Shown: piece after piece, positions 46,120 through 57,600 of the stretch
Layout: each line of letters starts with the position of its first letter
Position numbering within the stretch: position 1 is the stretch's first letter
Assembly: GCA_002269645.1 (NCBI GenBank)
Contig: NIVC01003728.1
Coordinates: forward strand, 16,219 to 80,218
Direction of reading: 5' to 3'
DNA length: 64,000 bases
Origin: Macrostomum lignano
Lineage: Eukaryota
Program-made: the position numbers and the translations under genes
The notes under the pieces: generated by a model
The model's input: only the letters and a program-made list of their open reading frames with translations
Told to the model about the DNA's origin: nothing
Databases searched by the model: none

Positions 46120-46364
46120 TTTTTTTAACCGGCGAAAGGCATTGACTCCCCCGAGCAGGCACACAAGCGCGCGGATACGTAAGCAGTCTCACGCACAGCC
46201 ACACACTCGCACAGGAGTGTACAGCGGCCCTAACTTTATTTATCGTTAGGCATGTACACTTCACTGTTCCTTGGGGGTTGGGCCTCAAGGGCGTTAACTG
46301 GACGAGCAGAGCCAAGCCGAGATTCCAATTCAGCCTCAAATTAATGTGACTGCACTTGGGATCG
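46120..46364 (-). mobile_element. SINE copy lacking most of the tRNA head (same family as 54659-55018)
   Basis: About 240 bp of clear similarity to 54718-54961. Ends at the B-box on one side and in an A7 run on the other. Confidence 0.8.
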
Positions 46365-46900
46365 TGCCTACTAGGCAATAGCAATTCCCCCATGCATAAG
46401 TCTTTTTTAGTCAGTCGACAGTTGGGGGTTCTTTTATGGTTTTACCCTAGCCCTAATTTAACTCCAATCCTGCTAAAACCTCAGCATTTCAGCCATTCCC
46501 CCATGAGCAAAAGCATTTCAATAATTCCCCACATAAGTCTTGGCATCTCAGCAGCTCGGCCCCCATTTGTCTTGACGTCTTAGCAATTCCCAGTGAGTCT
46601 TATATTCGACAGAGCGCTTCTTTTTTGGTTAACATGGTGATTCTTTTTTCGTTCTTTCTTTCATTAATTTTTCTTTAAAACTAGCTCTTAAATAAATTTG
46701 CCATGGTTCACTAACAGTTTAGCAATGGTTCACCTGCACTGTTTCGCACAATCCCTATGCAGATAGCCACAAGTCTACATATTTCTCAATAAATCGAAAC
46801 CATTTAAAACGTTTGCAACTTGCTAAAAATTGCACAGTTAAAATTGATTTGCAATCTTCTCATACTTATTACTTTTTTGCATAAGTCAGAATAGCACAGC

Positions 46901-47365
46901 TCCCCCAAATCAGTGCTGCTCCCCAAGATTAGCACCACCCCCCAGATTAGCACCACCCCCCAGATTAGCACCACCCCCCAGATAAGCACCACTCCCCCAG
47001 ATTAGCACCACCCCCCCAGATTAGCACCACCCCCCAGATTAGCACCACTCCCCAAGATTAGCACCACTCCCCCAGATAAGCACCACTCTTCCAGATTAGC
47101 ACCACCCCCAGATTAGCACCAACCCCAAGATAAGCACCACTGCCCCAGATTAGCACCACCCCCCAGATAAGCACCACCCCCAGATAAGCACCACTCCCCC
47201 AGATTAGCACCACTCCCCCAGATTAGCACCACTCCCCCAGATTAGCAACACTCCCCCAAATTAGCACCATTCCCCCACATTAGCACCACTCCCCTAGATT
47301 AGCACCACCCCCCAGATTAGCACCACTCTCCCAGACTAGCACCACTCCCCCACATTAGCACCACT
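46901..47365. repeat. 18-19-bp minisatellite (CCCCCAGATTAGCACCAC[T]), about 24 units
   Basis: Direct reading. Confidence 0.95.
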
Positions 47366-47798
47366 TCCTAGGGATTCCTAGGGTGGATAATGGATAACGT
47401 CTTCTTAATGTCTTTCCTTCTAGGTGTGGGTTCGATGCAGCAGGGGATGGAGAAGTGTGCAGGGCTCTCTCGTGGTGCACATCCTACGGGAACTTATTTA
47501 GAACTATTGTTACTGTTATGATTATTTGGTTAAATTCGGCTCATACTCACAACGTCTCATAGTAAATAAGTATAAGCAGACAGAAGCAAACGAGTTGGAT
47601 AGCTAATAAAATAAAGCGGCTGCAGTCACGGACGATCAGTCCAGACGACACGCAACAGGAGGTTAAAGCCAAGGGAAGTTACAGCAGGTTCAGGAAGTGG
47701 TGGCACAGTGGAGGCACAGCCGCACTCAGGGCCAGGGTGAAGGTTCAAAAACCAGCGCCGCTCAGGGCTCAAAACGGGCTCTGATTTATAGACCTGAG

Positions 47799-47836
47799 AT
47801 CACGCGTCACGCGATCACGTGAGCGTGATGCGTGAT
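47799..47836. other. Symmetric 38-bp CACG-rich palindrome centred on TCACGTGA
   Basis: ATCACGC-GTCACGC-GATCACGTGA-GCGTGAT-GCGTGAT. Confidence 0.7.
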
Positions 47837-48623
47837 ATTGAAGGCCGTGACTTGTCCTTGACCTCCGTTGGGTACCCAGTTACCCATGCACCCCATATAA
47901 ATTCATGTAGAACATTGAAAGCCGTCACCCCAGAGCATTGGCATAGCGGTTGACTTCGGCTCATTACACTCTGTACGTTATTTCTGTCTTCTGTAATTAT
48001 CGCTGAAAAGCACTAGGTCTTGGATGACCGTTATCATCAATGTTGCTGAGGATATATCTATATTACCAGATCGATACTATATGCAGGATTTGAATTCGAA
48101 TGCAGAATTTGAATCCCAGTTTGACTCACTGGGATACCATATGCAAATAAGTAATAATAGCTGATAATCGTGCATGTAACTAACCTCCCGAGTGCTTGTA
48201 CAGACACTGGATAAGGACTGACGCTAAAGTACATGTATATATGTATGCAGAGGTAAAATATACTACCTGTACAACAATCAGACGTAGGATCGAGACATCG
48301 GCAGTGTAAATATGCTACTGGTAAATAAAAGTACTAAATTTGCCATGGATTCCTATCGACGCCGCGGTTACTTAGGTGGACGTCGGAATATTGTTGTCCT
48401 AAGATTTTGCAGACCGCACGCACACGGAATCGTCAATGTGTGCCCGCGAATTCATTCCGTGCCTGCTTTAGTTTCGTCTATGGTTAATGCTTAGTGGCGC
48501 CCTTGTAATGATGTGACAATTGCACAACTCTGTCAATGGATTTGAGGCCAGGATCAGAATCAGAGCTCATCACTGCCCAAAATCTATAGACAGAAGCATT
48601 AGTTCGGGCTAGAGGGCTGTATG

Positions 48624-49125
48624 CAGGCGCGTCGCCACCGGGGGGGGGCGACAAGGGGGACATGCCCCCTTAAAGGCTATGGGGTAATGGGGGACATTGC
48701 CAATGCTTTGTCCCCCACCCCACCTTGTGACCCGTTGTGGCAATCAATAATTTTTCTTCCGGGTGCCCTTCGGCGCCAAAATGAGTACCTGCGGCGCTAA
48801 AATGAGTGCCAGTGGCGCTAAAATGAGTACCTGCGGTGCTAAAATGAGTGCCAGTGGCGCTAAAATGAGTACCTGCGGTGCTAAAATGAGTGCCAGTGGC
48901 GCTAAAATGAGTACCTGCGGCGCTAAAATGAGTGCCAGTGGCGCTAAAATGAGTACCTGCGGTGCTAAAATGAGTTCCTGCGGAGCTAAGAGTACCTGCG
49001 GCGCCAAATTGAGCGCTGACAACACCGATTCTAAAATAATGGACATGTAGACATTTAGTCATGTACATGTGCATGTTGAATTCTTGGCTTTGTCCCCCAC
49101 CATAAAATACATGTCGACGCCCCTG
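48624..49125. mobile_element. hAT-type MITE with an internal 21/42-bp tandem array
   Basis: Imperfect TIRs CAGGCGCGTCGCCA / CAGGGGCGTCGACA. Perfect 8-bp TSD GCTGTATG (48616-23, 49126-33). Alternating GCTAAAATGAGTACCTGCGG[CT] / GCTAAAATGAGTGCCAGTGGC units at about 48775-49000. Confidence 0.9.
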
Positions 49126-50328
49126 GCTGTATGCCCACCTCAAGATTAATTGATGGGAAATTCTAACTACATATTCTGCGTACAGGTCTGGGTCTTGGAG
49201 AAATTCCTAAATTCGTTCTCCCTGAGGGCTCCATAAGCTACGAAATTATAAGACAGTCGAGAAGAGTTCAGAGATGAGGCCGGATTTGCAACTACATGTA
49301 TACCAGATCGAGTTTTATCAAAGGGAATCGGGATCCCAGGTAATACCTGGTTCCCAGGCATTACCTGTTAAAATGGGAATTGCCTGTGCAATCAACTTGA
49401 CTGAAATTTAGCAAGTGCACACAACTTTACCATACAAATGTACTTTGTTAGCACAGAGAGGAAACAAAGGGCATTTAGTCAACACTAAGCGGCCCGGAAG
49501 TTACCTGTTGTTTAATTAAACTACAGCTGCTGTATATTATGTGGATGATGAGGACGAGGCCAAATATGAAATGTTTTTCACACATTTGCATGCACTTTTA
49601 GCTGCGGCTGCATTGCTGGAAGCTGTAGCCTCATAATAAACATCCAATTTCGATCCCATTTTCGGACTCAATTATGCTGTTTTCCTGTTATGCAGAAAGA
49701 TGTCAAGGCAGTGCTCTATAATTATTCGACGCTTTTGTAATTAGGTTCTATATTTTTGAAACGGCATTTGGGAACTACATGGAGTATTACTTTAGAGAGG
49801 CCAATGGCAATCCGGTCTATGGCATATGCAGCAAATGCTTATGCACATAGGAAAGATGATAATGTAGCGTATTCACTAAGTATTGTAGCGTATTGCTATA
49901 ATATTCTATAACATGCTTAAATCTTCATATCTAGAAAGTCGTCCAACTAAACAACGCGCGTACACGGTATAAGATAGCGTACAGTACAACACTTGTATTC
50001 TAGAACTTCCGCGTAAGTTACTCACTTACTATATTTGGTATTTCGAACTCCTGCGCACCCTTTCTAGAACTACTTCTCAAACTTTCCGGATTCCGGAATG
50101 TTCTATTAACACGAATATAAACATACAGCACCCTAACACGCAACTATTCAACTCTCTCTTTCTTTTCCACACGGAAAACAATCAAAGCAAAACCAAAGTA
50201 AACGAACCACCGCGTTTTTCGCCTCGATTATTTCCGCAATCCTACAATAAGATTAAAATCATAAATTTTTATTCTTAGTTTACCTAATGATTTTAAAGAT
50301 GGCTACCATTGATTCGACAATGGATGGA

Positions 50329-50373
50329 TAACGCACGGCTTTTGAGTGCAGGGCACTCAAAAGCCGTGCGTTA
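50329..50373. other. Perfect 21-bp-stem hairpin with a 3-nt loop
   Basis: TAACGCACGGCTTTTGAGTGC-AGG-GCACTCAAAAGCCGTGCGTTA. Confidence 0.9.
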
Positions 50374-50513
50374 ACAGCTTTATCAGTTTCCATCTCGATC
50401 TTGGTCTTTATGGACCATAGACTGAAGCGTATCTATCTATAATGTGTCGCTCTTGGCACCTCTCGACCATAGACAGGAGCACTGGGGAAAGAGTTAAAGA
50501 GAGATAGAGAAAG

Positions 50514-50516
<3 letters not shown>

Positions 50517-50565
<49 letters not shown>
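50517..50565. repeat. (GA)n microsatellite
   Basis: About 24 GA units. Confidence 0.95.
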
Positions 50566-50569
<4 letters not shown>

Positions 50570-51566
50570 AGATAGAAAGTTTTTGAGATAGCAAAATGTT
50601 ACCTTAGTTGGTTTCCTAATGACTACATATCTGGCTTAACCATGAACAAAACTCGACTTCAATGTAAGCTAAATGAATGAAACAACAAGGTAGAGAAAGA
50701 AATGCATGAAGATTTGAATAACTCTTGACAAGCTCCGTTTTGCCACTGCCTAACAACTCTGTTTGATTCCCGTTGATCATCTGGAAGCAATAAGAATTAT
50801 ATAAAGGTGAGCAAAATTAGTACATTAACGACACCTGTGATGATCATAATAATAATTCTTTCATTTCTTGGTCTGTTGCGAATTCAAATCAAGGATGTAG
50901 TAAAACTTTACTAATGCCACTTTAATGTCTTTGTCTATCTTTTTGTTGCAATTCTGTCTGTGATACAAGCTGTAGTTTACTTCTTAACTTTGTTTCTTAT
51001 AATTCATCTAGTTACTGGCAAATAAACATCCTACTCAGCTAGTTTGCGTGCCGTTGCCGGGGCACTTAACTTCTGTTGTTGCCCAGCAACAGATAGCACC
51101 ATGCCACACAGCCAAAATTCCAAGAATAAAATGACAGAAAAATAATATCGGAGACCAAAAGCACGCAAACTGTTTGTAATCGAATATTTATTCTCATAGA
51201 CAATTTAGACTAGATAATCCCACAGTAACTGTGAAAACAATACAATAGAAATATGGGAACATCTAATATTCTTGTGCTTAAAAGCTGACGACTTCCTCAT
51301 ATCCTTACTTCCGTCGCTTCCAAAGGTGCAGCGTCATTTATAAATAGCATATAGTTGTACTCGCAGGAGCCTTGTTGGCGCACTGGCGCAACAGCTTCGG
51401 CGGCGACATGGTCTCACAACAACAGCAAAAACCACGTCCCAGAATTATTCCCATTCCTGAGCACATTCAGTCCGTGTTTACCACTGGGCTACCCCCGTCC
51501 CCACATCCAAGTGAATTTTTTATTAACATGAAACCAAAAGCTGTGTTCACGCGCTAACCTTCAGCA

Positions 51567-52646
51567 TCAGGTGCTTTCAAGACGCATGATCACAGTCGGC
51601 CCAACGGCGGTGCTGCGTTGTCGCCAGCACTTTGGGAGCTGCAGCAGCCGCCTGTAGGCGGAGCGGAACTGCGTGCTGGACAGGGCATACACAAACGGGT
51701 TGACGGCGCTGTTGGCGTGGCTCAGCAGAATTGCGCCAACAAGCAGCTCGTACGGGTAGATGCAGGCCTCCGAGCACATCAGGCTGACAGCGTTGAGGCA
51801 GTGCAGTGGCAGCCAGCACAGAAAGAAGAGAAGCACAACTACAGCGAGGCTCCTTGCTGCTCTGCGCTCACTTAGTGAAAGCTTGCCTCCCTGGTTGCTA
51901 TCGTTACTTCCAGCAGCGTCAACTGCAGTTCTATTGGCGGTACAGAACTCAGAATCGCCTCGTTGAGCTTTTACGCTTTCTATTTGAGCACTGGCTCTGC
52001 CTATGAGAGCTTTGAAGATGCAGCCGTACACAACGCCGACAACAAGCAGCGGAGGCAGGACGCACACGAAGAAGTTGAAATAAACCATGAAATTCATGTC
52101 GATGACAGCCACAAAGCTGCACTGACCGTTGGCAGGAGGGCCCAGATTCCAGCCCATCAGTGGCAGGTTCCCAGCCAGTAGGCCTGCCAGCCAGGTCGCC
52201 AGGCAAATGATGGAGATCCACCGACTCGAGCTGAGACGCCGGTACCTCAGTGGCATGAATACGGCTGTGAATCGTTCCAGCGATATTGCCAGCATGCCGA
52301 ATATGCTCACCTGGGTGAGGCTTACTATTAAAGAGTTTAAAATTAGGCAGCCATTGAAATCATTTCTTGGAAAGCCATTCTCTGAGACCAGGGAGATGGG
52401 GATGGCCACGCTGCCAACTAGGAAATCCGTAGCAGCCAGGTTGGCTACCAGGTAGTTGGTTGGCTTGCGCATGGCCGGGTTCAACATTACGACTGCCACC
52501 GTGAGAGAGTTGCCCGCGATGGCGGTGGCCGAGATGACCGCCTCCAAGGCGAGTCGGACAACGTTGAGGGCGCTCAGCGGTGAGGCTTCGGTGGAGCCTG
52601 GCTCGGTCCTGGTTTGAGCAGTTTTAGGACTTAAGACAGATCTCAT
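51567..52646 (-). CDS. AdoR: Intronless adenosine receptor (A2-like), 359 aa
   Basis: Family-diagnostic motifs: PTNYLVANLAATDFLVGSVAIP, LTQVSIFGMLAISLERF, LPLMGWN, CSF..V.DMNFMVYFNFFVCVLPPL, CWLPLHCLN, AILLSHANSAVNPFVY. Confidence 0.93.
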   Translation of the reverse strand: MRSVLSPKTAQTRTEPGSTEASPLSALNVVRLALEAVISATAIAGNSLTVAVVMLNPAMRKPTNYLVANLAATDFLVGSVAIPISLVSENGFPRNDFNGCLILNSLIVSLTQVSIFGMLAISLERFTAVFMPLRYRRLSSSRWISIICLATWLAGLLAGNLPLMGWNLGPPANGQCSFVAVIDMNFMVYFNFFVCVLPPLLVVGVVYGCIFKALIGRASAQIESVKAQRGDSEFCTANRTAVDAAGSNDSNQGGKLSLSERRAARSLAVVVLLFFLCWLPLHCLNAVSLMCSEACIYPYELLVGAILLSHANSAVNPFVYALSSTQFRSAYRRLLQLPKCWRQRSTAVGPTVIMRLEST

Positions 52647-54194
52647 GTGAATAAATGGCCAGACAACTCATTCTTAGTATATACGCCAAGGACTACCAGG
52701 CTAGAAGGACGAAACACTTACAAAACGTAGACAATTAGTTAAAGACCGGTTATTAAAATGTCTTTTCGGTTGCGTGTAGAAAGTTACTTTGGTCGCCAGC
52801 TTGTTTAGATTTTTGTATAAGACAACGAAAATGGGCCTTCAACTATTTTTACACGAATCGAGACTGTAACGTCCTTCTATAACGAAGTATTCCTAGTAGT
52901 CATTGATATACGCTCGTCGAATGGAGAAGCATCTGTTTCATTCGAAGTGCCTGATGAGACAATAGACGTACGATTGCTGTAACTTACGCGTTTGTCATTG
53001 AATCGTTCATTCCGATGCTTGGCTTGGTTTAGTAAGCTGTGTCAGACCCTAATGTTAAATTGAATTAATGGAAGGTCTCGTACAAGTCCAGTTAAATTTC
53101 TCAGAAAGCACAGCACAGGCAAGAAAGTCTTAGAAGTCATGGTAGTAGATGGTTATATGGGAGTTGATTGGTGACAGGATATTTCAACTAACCCCAGTGC
53201 GTGATTGGCAGGAATGATTATTAGGAATTTCATCATTGGAACTGCTGAACCCAATCAAATCTTTCATTTTGCCTTTCACTATGAATTCCTCTTATGAATT
53301 ATGAATCCTTCTTTCGACATAGGCAACGATGATTCAATTCGGACTTCCTCTGGCATGCAATCAATGACATTCATCTGGTCGCTTTTTATCAAACTCTCTA
53401 CATTTTCTAATATTTGTTCATGGCAAATAATCTTGGCTTCTGCCTGCACAAGCCATATTGTATGGAAAGGGAGAGTGTACTGCTAAAAAGGTTTAAAGGG
53501 TTTCGACAATGTAAAAAAAATATTCAGTCCACTGTATCCCCCACTTGCCCCGGGCGAACGTCTATGGTCTCAGTGTAAATTTCATTTATTTGCATCGGTG
53601 CAAATAAACGGTTTATTTCACTCGCCGAAAGACAATACATTAAAACGCTGCTTCTAAATGCTCACTTGGCTACATAGAGAGAATTGTCTAAAACATTCAC
53701 CGCATGTCTGAATCTGCAGAATATGGTATAGATTTGCTATAGACCATAGACATCAAATCATTCTGATGTGATGGATACATCACATATTCCCCGTTAATAC
53801 CAAGTGTCTAGGGCAAAAATGCTTTCGTGCCTCGCTTAACAAGTCACTCAAGCATTTATTGCCCTAGCACTGGTATAAATGGGGAATATATACTGTCCGT
53901 CAAAAGTTCCGGAACCCTTGCTACGATGTCTTCTAGCGGACATAATTTCAGTCCGTTTCAATTGTAACTTGATTCAAATGAAAGCTGCAGATCTCAGCTC
54001 CATGATGTGGTCAAGAAAAAGTTTATTCGAAGGAGCGTGTGTGAACAGGCCAGTGTTATGTACATAAAGGTTAGAGAAAAAAGTGAGGAAAAGACAAACA
54101 AGCAATTGTCTATGGTTGCTGAGTCTATGGAGCAAACACACAGGGCTATTTACACACTTGCTGCCGGCACACAAAAACAGATGGCGTCCTGAAT

Positions 54195-55331
54195 TTAAAC
54201 TGTCGCATTGTCGTCCTGCAGCAGGAACCCCTGACCAACGCTCGCCAGCCCAAAGGGAACCGCAACATCACGTAGAACTGCTGCGTACCTTGCGCCCGTC
54301 ATGGTGCCGTCAATCACTTCGACGGAGGACAGGTGGTTCCATGATGCTGCAGCCCAGACCATCACCGACCCGCCACTGCCACCGCGCCTCGATACCCACT
54401 GCACTGCGTCCTGTTGCTCGTAGCGAGAGTTGCGCTGGCGCCACACGCGAATTCTCCCATCATTCCAATGCACACAGAATCTCTCGTCTCTTGTCTCTCG
54501 TCGGTGAACACCACCAGCCGCCACTGCTGTTGAGCCGACCAAAAGCGATGCTCGTGACACCACTGCAGCCGTGCGGCTCTGTGAGCTGCTGACAGAGCAG
54601 GGAACTTTAAACTTCGATAGCTGTCGAGTCCTGCGGCTCGAAGTCGACGGGAGATGGTTTTTTATTAGAGGCAGGGGGGTTGTGTGCACCCTGGCGCACT
54701 TTAAGCGACATAGGCACACAACCGGCGAGAGGCATTACTACCCATTCCGCCGACTCCCCTGAGCAGGCATACAAGCGCGCGGATACGTACGCAGGCACAC
54801 ACTCACACAGGAGTGTACAGCGGCCCTAACTTTATATTATCGTTAGCATGTACACTTCACTGCGCCTTGGGGGGTTGGCTCTCAAGACCGTTAATTGCAC
54901 GAGCAGAGCCAAGCCGAGATTCCAGTTCAGCCCCAAATTAATGTGACTGCACTTGGAATCGAGCCTGGGTCGCTGGCACACCAGAGCAGCTGCGCTACCG
55001 CTGGGCTACGGCCCCCCTGACGGGAGATGGTGGACTGCGACACCGTGACATGCAAACCGTCGCTCAAATTTCTCTGCAATGTCGGCAGGCTCACGAAAGG
55101 GTCATTCCTGGCAATGTTTGCAACGAAGTTATTGCTGGCTGCATCCATCACACGAGGCCGTCCTGATTTCGGCAAGTTGTCAACAAAGCCACTGGTCGCA
55201 AATTTCGACGCGTAACGCTGCACAGTCGTCAGTGGCACGTCAAGATGAGCAGCGGTTCGTTTCAGCGACCATCCGGCATCCTGTCGTAACGTCACAATTC
55301 TCCACCGCGTCTCAGTGCTAACAACCGGCAT
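54195..55331 (-). pseudogene. Tc1-family transposase pseudogene (HTH, GRPR linker, first two catalytic Asp), truncated
   Basis: KSGRPR, TISRRLRAAGL (restored when the SINE is removed), WRLVVFTDE, GSVMVWAA, FLLQDDNA, then a stop. A small duplication causes a frameshift near 54490. Confidence 0.9.
54659..55018 (-). mobile_element. Full-length tRNA-derived SINE (about 360 bp) with a 13-bp TSD
   Basis: Minus-strand head GTAGCCCAGCGGTAG (A-box) ... GGCTCGATTCC (B-box). 3' AATAAAAAA tail. TSD GACGGGAGATGGT (54646-58, 55019-31). Removing it restores the Tc1 reading frame. Confidence 0.9.
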
Positions 55332-55823
55332 TTTGCTAAGCTGGCTTGTTGACGTAGACCCTGTTTTTTACTCTCCCATGAAAGCTGACTGCACAAGAAT
55401 CCATAAGAGCCTGTTGATTTCAACACAAGTTTTGGCCATAGACTAATGTTAGCCAGGCTGAACACTGCGCGCAAACCGATTCCTTCCCATGTGTGTTTGC
55501 TCCATAGACTCAGCAACCATAGACAATAGCTTGTTTGTCTTTTCCTCACTTTTTTTCTCTAACCTTTATGTACATAACACTGGCCTGTTTTATGAATTTT
55601 ATGAAATCAAACGAAAAATCCTGTATTATTGATATCCTGGTATAATGTTTTGTATATGTTAGTCTATGAAGTTAATTTTCATAGCTAGTGCCCCAAAGCA
55701 AAACACGAAGACGCGATGTTGGCGAAAGCGAAAGCAGCAGTGAGATGTCCAAAGCCACAGCAACGAAGCGGAGGGAAAGCGAACAAAGGAAAAACGGGAA
55801 CTTTGAAAAGTTAAATGTCAACG

Positions 55824-57600
55824 TCAAAAGAGAGTGCCTACACCTCTAGCAAACACGACGGAAGCTGCCAAGCCCTGCTGCGAATTAGGAAGATTCCACT
55901 GCACTGCGTTGCTCTTCCAGTCCCCAATCTGCATAATGTCGGGCACCGGCACACCCAACACCGAAGCCCAGTCGCGCCGCCACGGCGGAGGCTGTGGGCT
56001 GGGCTGACGCTTGAAGCCCTCTGCACCCAACTTGTCAGCTAGGAAGCAATCGAGTTGCCTGCCCGTCAACAGCCGCTTATTGCCTCCGGCGTCGCGTCGT
56101 GAACAGGGGTGCATCCTGTTGTGGCCGCTGGCCAAATGAATGAAATCAATTCACTTGAGACGAAGGAGAGGAGAGGAGAGGTAGCTCTCAGCTATAGTGA
56201 GCTAGCCAATATATATTATCTGACTGATACTCATAGATGTACATCAGTGCGCGTACATTGCATAATAGCATTGAGCATGCACATTCACAACACATCCGCC
56301 AAATGCAGATTATTGAATCGTGCGTGCTGCTCGATCGCCAACACGGGAACGCTCCGCCTCACTAGCCTTGCAAAAGCACCTGGTGCACTCGCTCTTTGAA
56401 CTGGATAGTCTTCCCTTGGTCCAGGCGCAAGATAAGACCCAGCGGATGTCGAAAGACGTCAGCGCAGCGCACACGTGCCGGACCTTTTCCTGAAGTTGGC
56501 AGCACACAAGATTTTTGAAGCATGCCCCACCAACAGCAGATGGTGACTGCCCAGCATGCAAGCAGAAAACCGTCAGAACGACTGACTCGCTGTTGAATCT
56601 CCCGCAACATGAGCGGCGATACTGGTCGTTTTCTCGACACCCGACATCCCAGCTCTCGTTTGGCACCTCGCAGGAGGAGAGTGGTGGCGGCATGCTTTGT
56701 CAGATCTGGTGCAGAGTTGACGCGAAACCATACAGACAGCGAGCTGGAGACAAAAGCAACGCTGCCGTACGCACGCAAACGCATCCCGACTAGGCTGGGC
56801 AGGTAGTCGAGCAGTCTGTTCAGCGGACAGGAGACAGGACTGCAGCTGTTCTGCTTGCAGTAAGCTTCCCACTCACGGATGTGCCTTGCCACCGCCTGTC
56901 TCGACCGTGGTGGAGACGCCTAGCAGCGACGCGGCCTGGCGGCTGAGAGAGTCTGCATGGCGCAGCTGGACGGCCTGAAAATGAAGAAAGTGGGCAGAGG
57001 CAGGGCAGAAAGCATGTCGACGCATTGATTGCAAAGCAAACGGGCACAAGTTGCCATAGCAACGAAATAAAAAATTAATCAACTGACTGCGCTCGTGCAA
57101 CCGAGACGCTGCATCGGCGAGAATTTAAAACTCTCCCGGCACATGAAAGGCTCGAACTCTCAGACCATGCCGTAATGACATCAGCGCAATAGTCTGCAGC
57201 AACCTTTGCACGACGGGACACCTCGAAGTGCCATTGTTGATAATATGACAGGCCGCCATGTTGTCACAATAAACGCTAACATTACAGCCTTCCAGCTCTT
57301 CCCTCCAGCGCAGTATTGACAGCAGAGGAGCCACCGCCTCTTTGTAGTTGATCGGCAGATCAGCGAACACTCCGGCCGCGTCTTGGCTCCAATTGACGTA
57401 GCAAGGCCCGTTTGCTGATCTTGGTTTTGCTCCTTTCAGTTGCTAACAGCTCAGCCAGGTTCCACGCCTTCTCCTCGGGCAACCTCTTGATGCCAGCCAC
57501 CGTATCGAACTCGACACCAAGGAAAGTCATGCGCTGAGTTGGTGCCTGACTTTTCGCGCAGTTCACAGTGAAGCCCAGCCGCGTCAAAAGTATCATTTTT
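55824..57600 (-). mobile_element. DIRS/Ngaro-type tyrosine-recombinase retrotransposon relic (RT end, RNase H, YR)
   Basis: RT: LGFTVNCAKSQAPTQRMTFLGVEFDT. RNase H: PINYKEA...VYCDNMAACHIINNGTSR...HVPGEF*ILADAASRL. YR: WWGMLQKS, GKTIQFKER, HSLRRGGAT, GDWKSNAVQW. Contains stops, frameshifts and deletions. Confidence 0.88.
56139..56297. mobile_element. 159-bp insertion with an 8-bp TSD inside the YR gene
   Basis: Direct repeat GCCAAATG at 56131-38 and 56298-305. Removal joins VPVLAIEQH...NLHL to ASGHNRMHP in frame. No TIRs. Confidence 0.6.

Larger units (their letters stand above)
54044..55589 (-). mobile_element. Tc1/mariner-derived deletion element bounded by about 105-bp inverted repeats; SINE-interrupted
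   Basis: Inverted repeat 54044-54150 / 55490-55589 (1 mismatch seen). Contains a Tc1 transposase fragment. No TA TSD visible. Confidence 0.7.

Noticed and set aside
48670-49143. ORFs with AGTHFSA / APQVLIL repeats
   Set aside because: They come from the 21-bp array inside a MITE.
50467-53567. CCATAGAC...GTCTATGG pair as TIRs capturing the adenosine receptor gene
   Set aside because: Only 10 bp match, there is no TSD, and the word is locally frequent, so chance pairing is likely.
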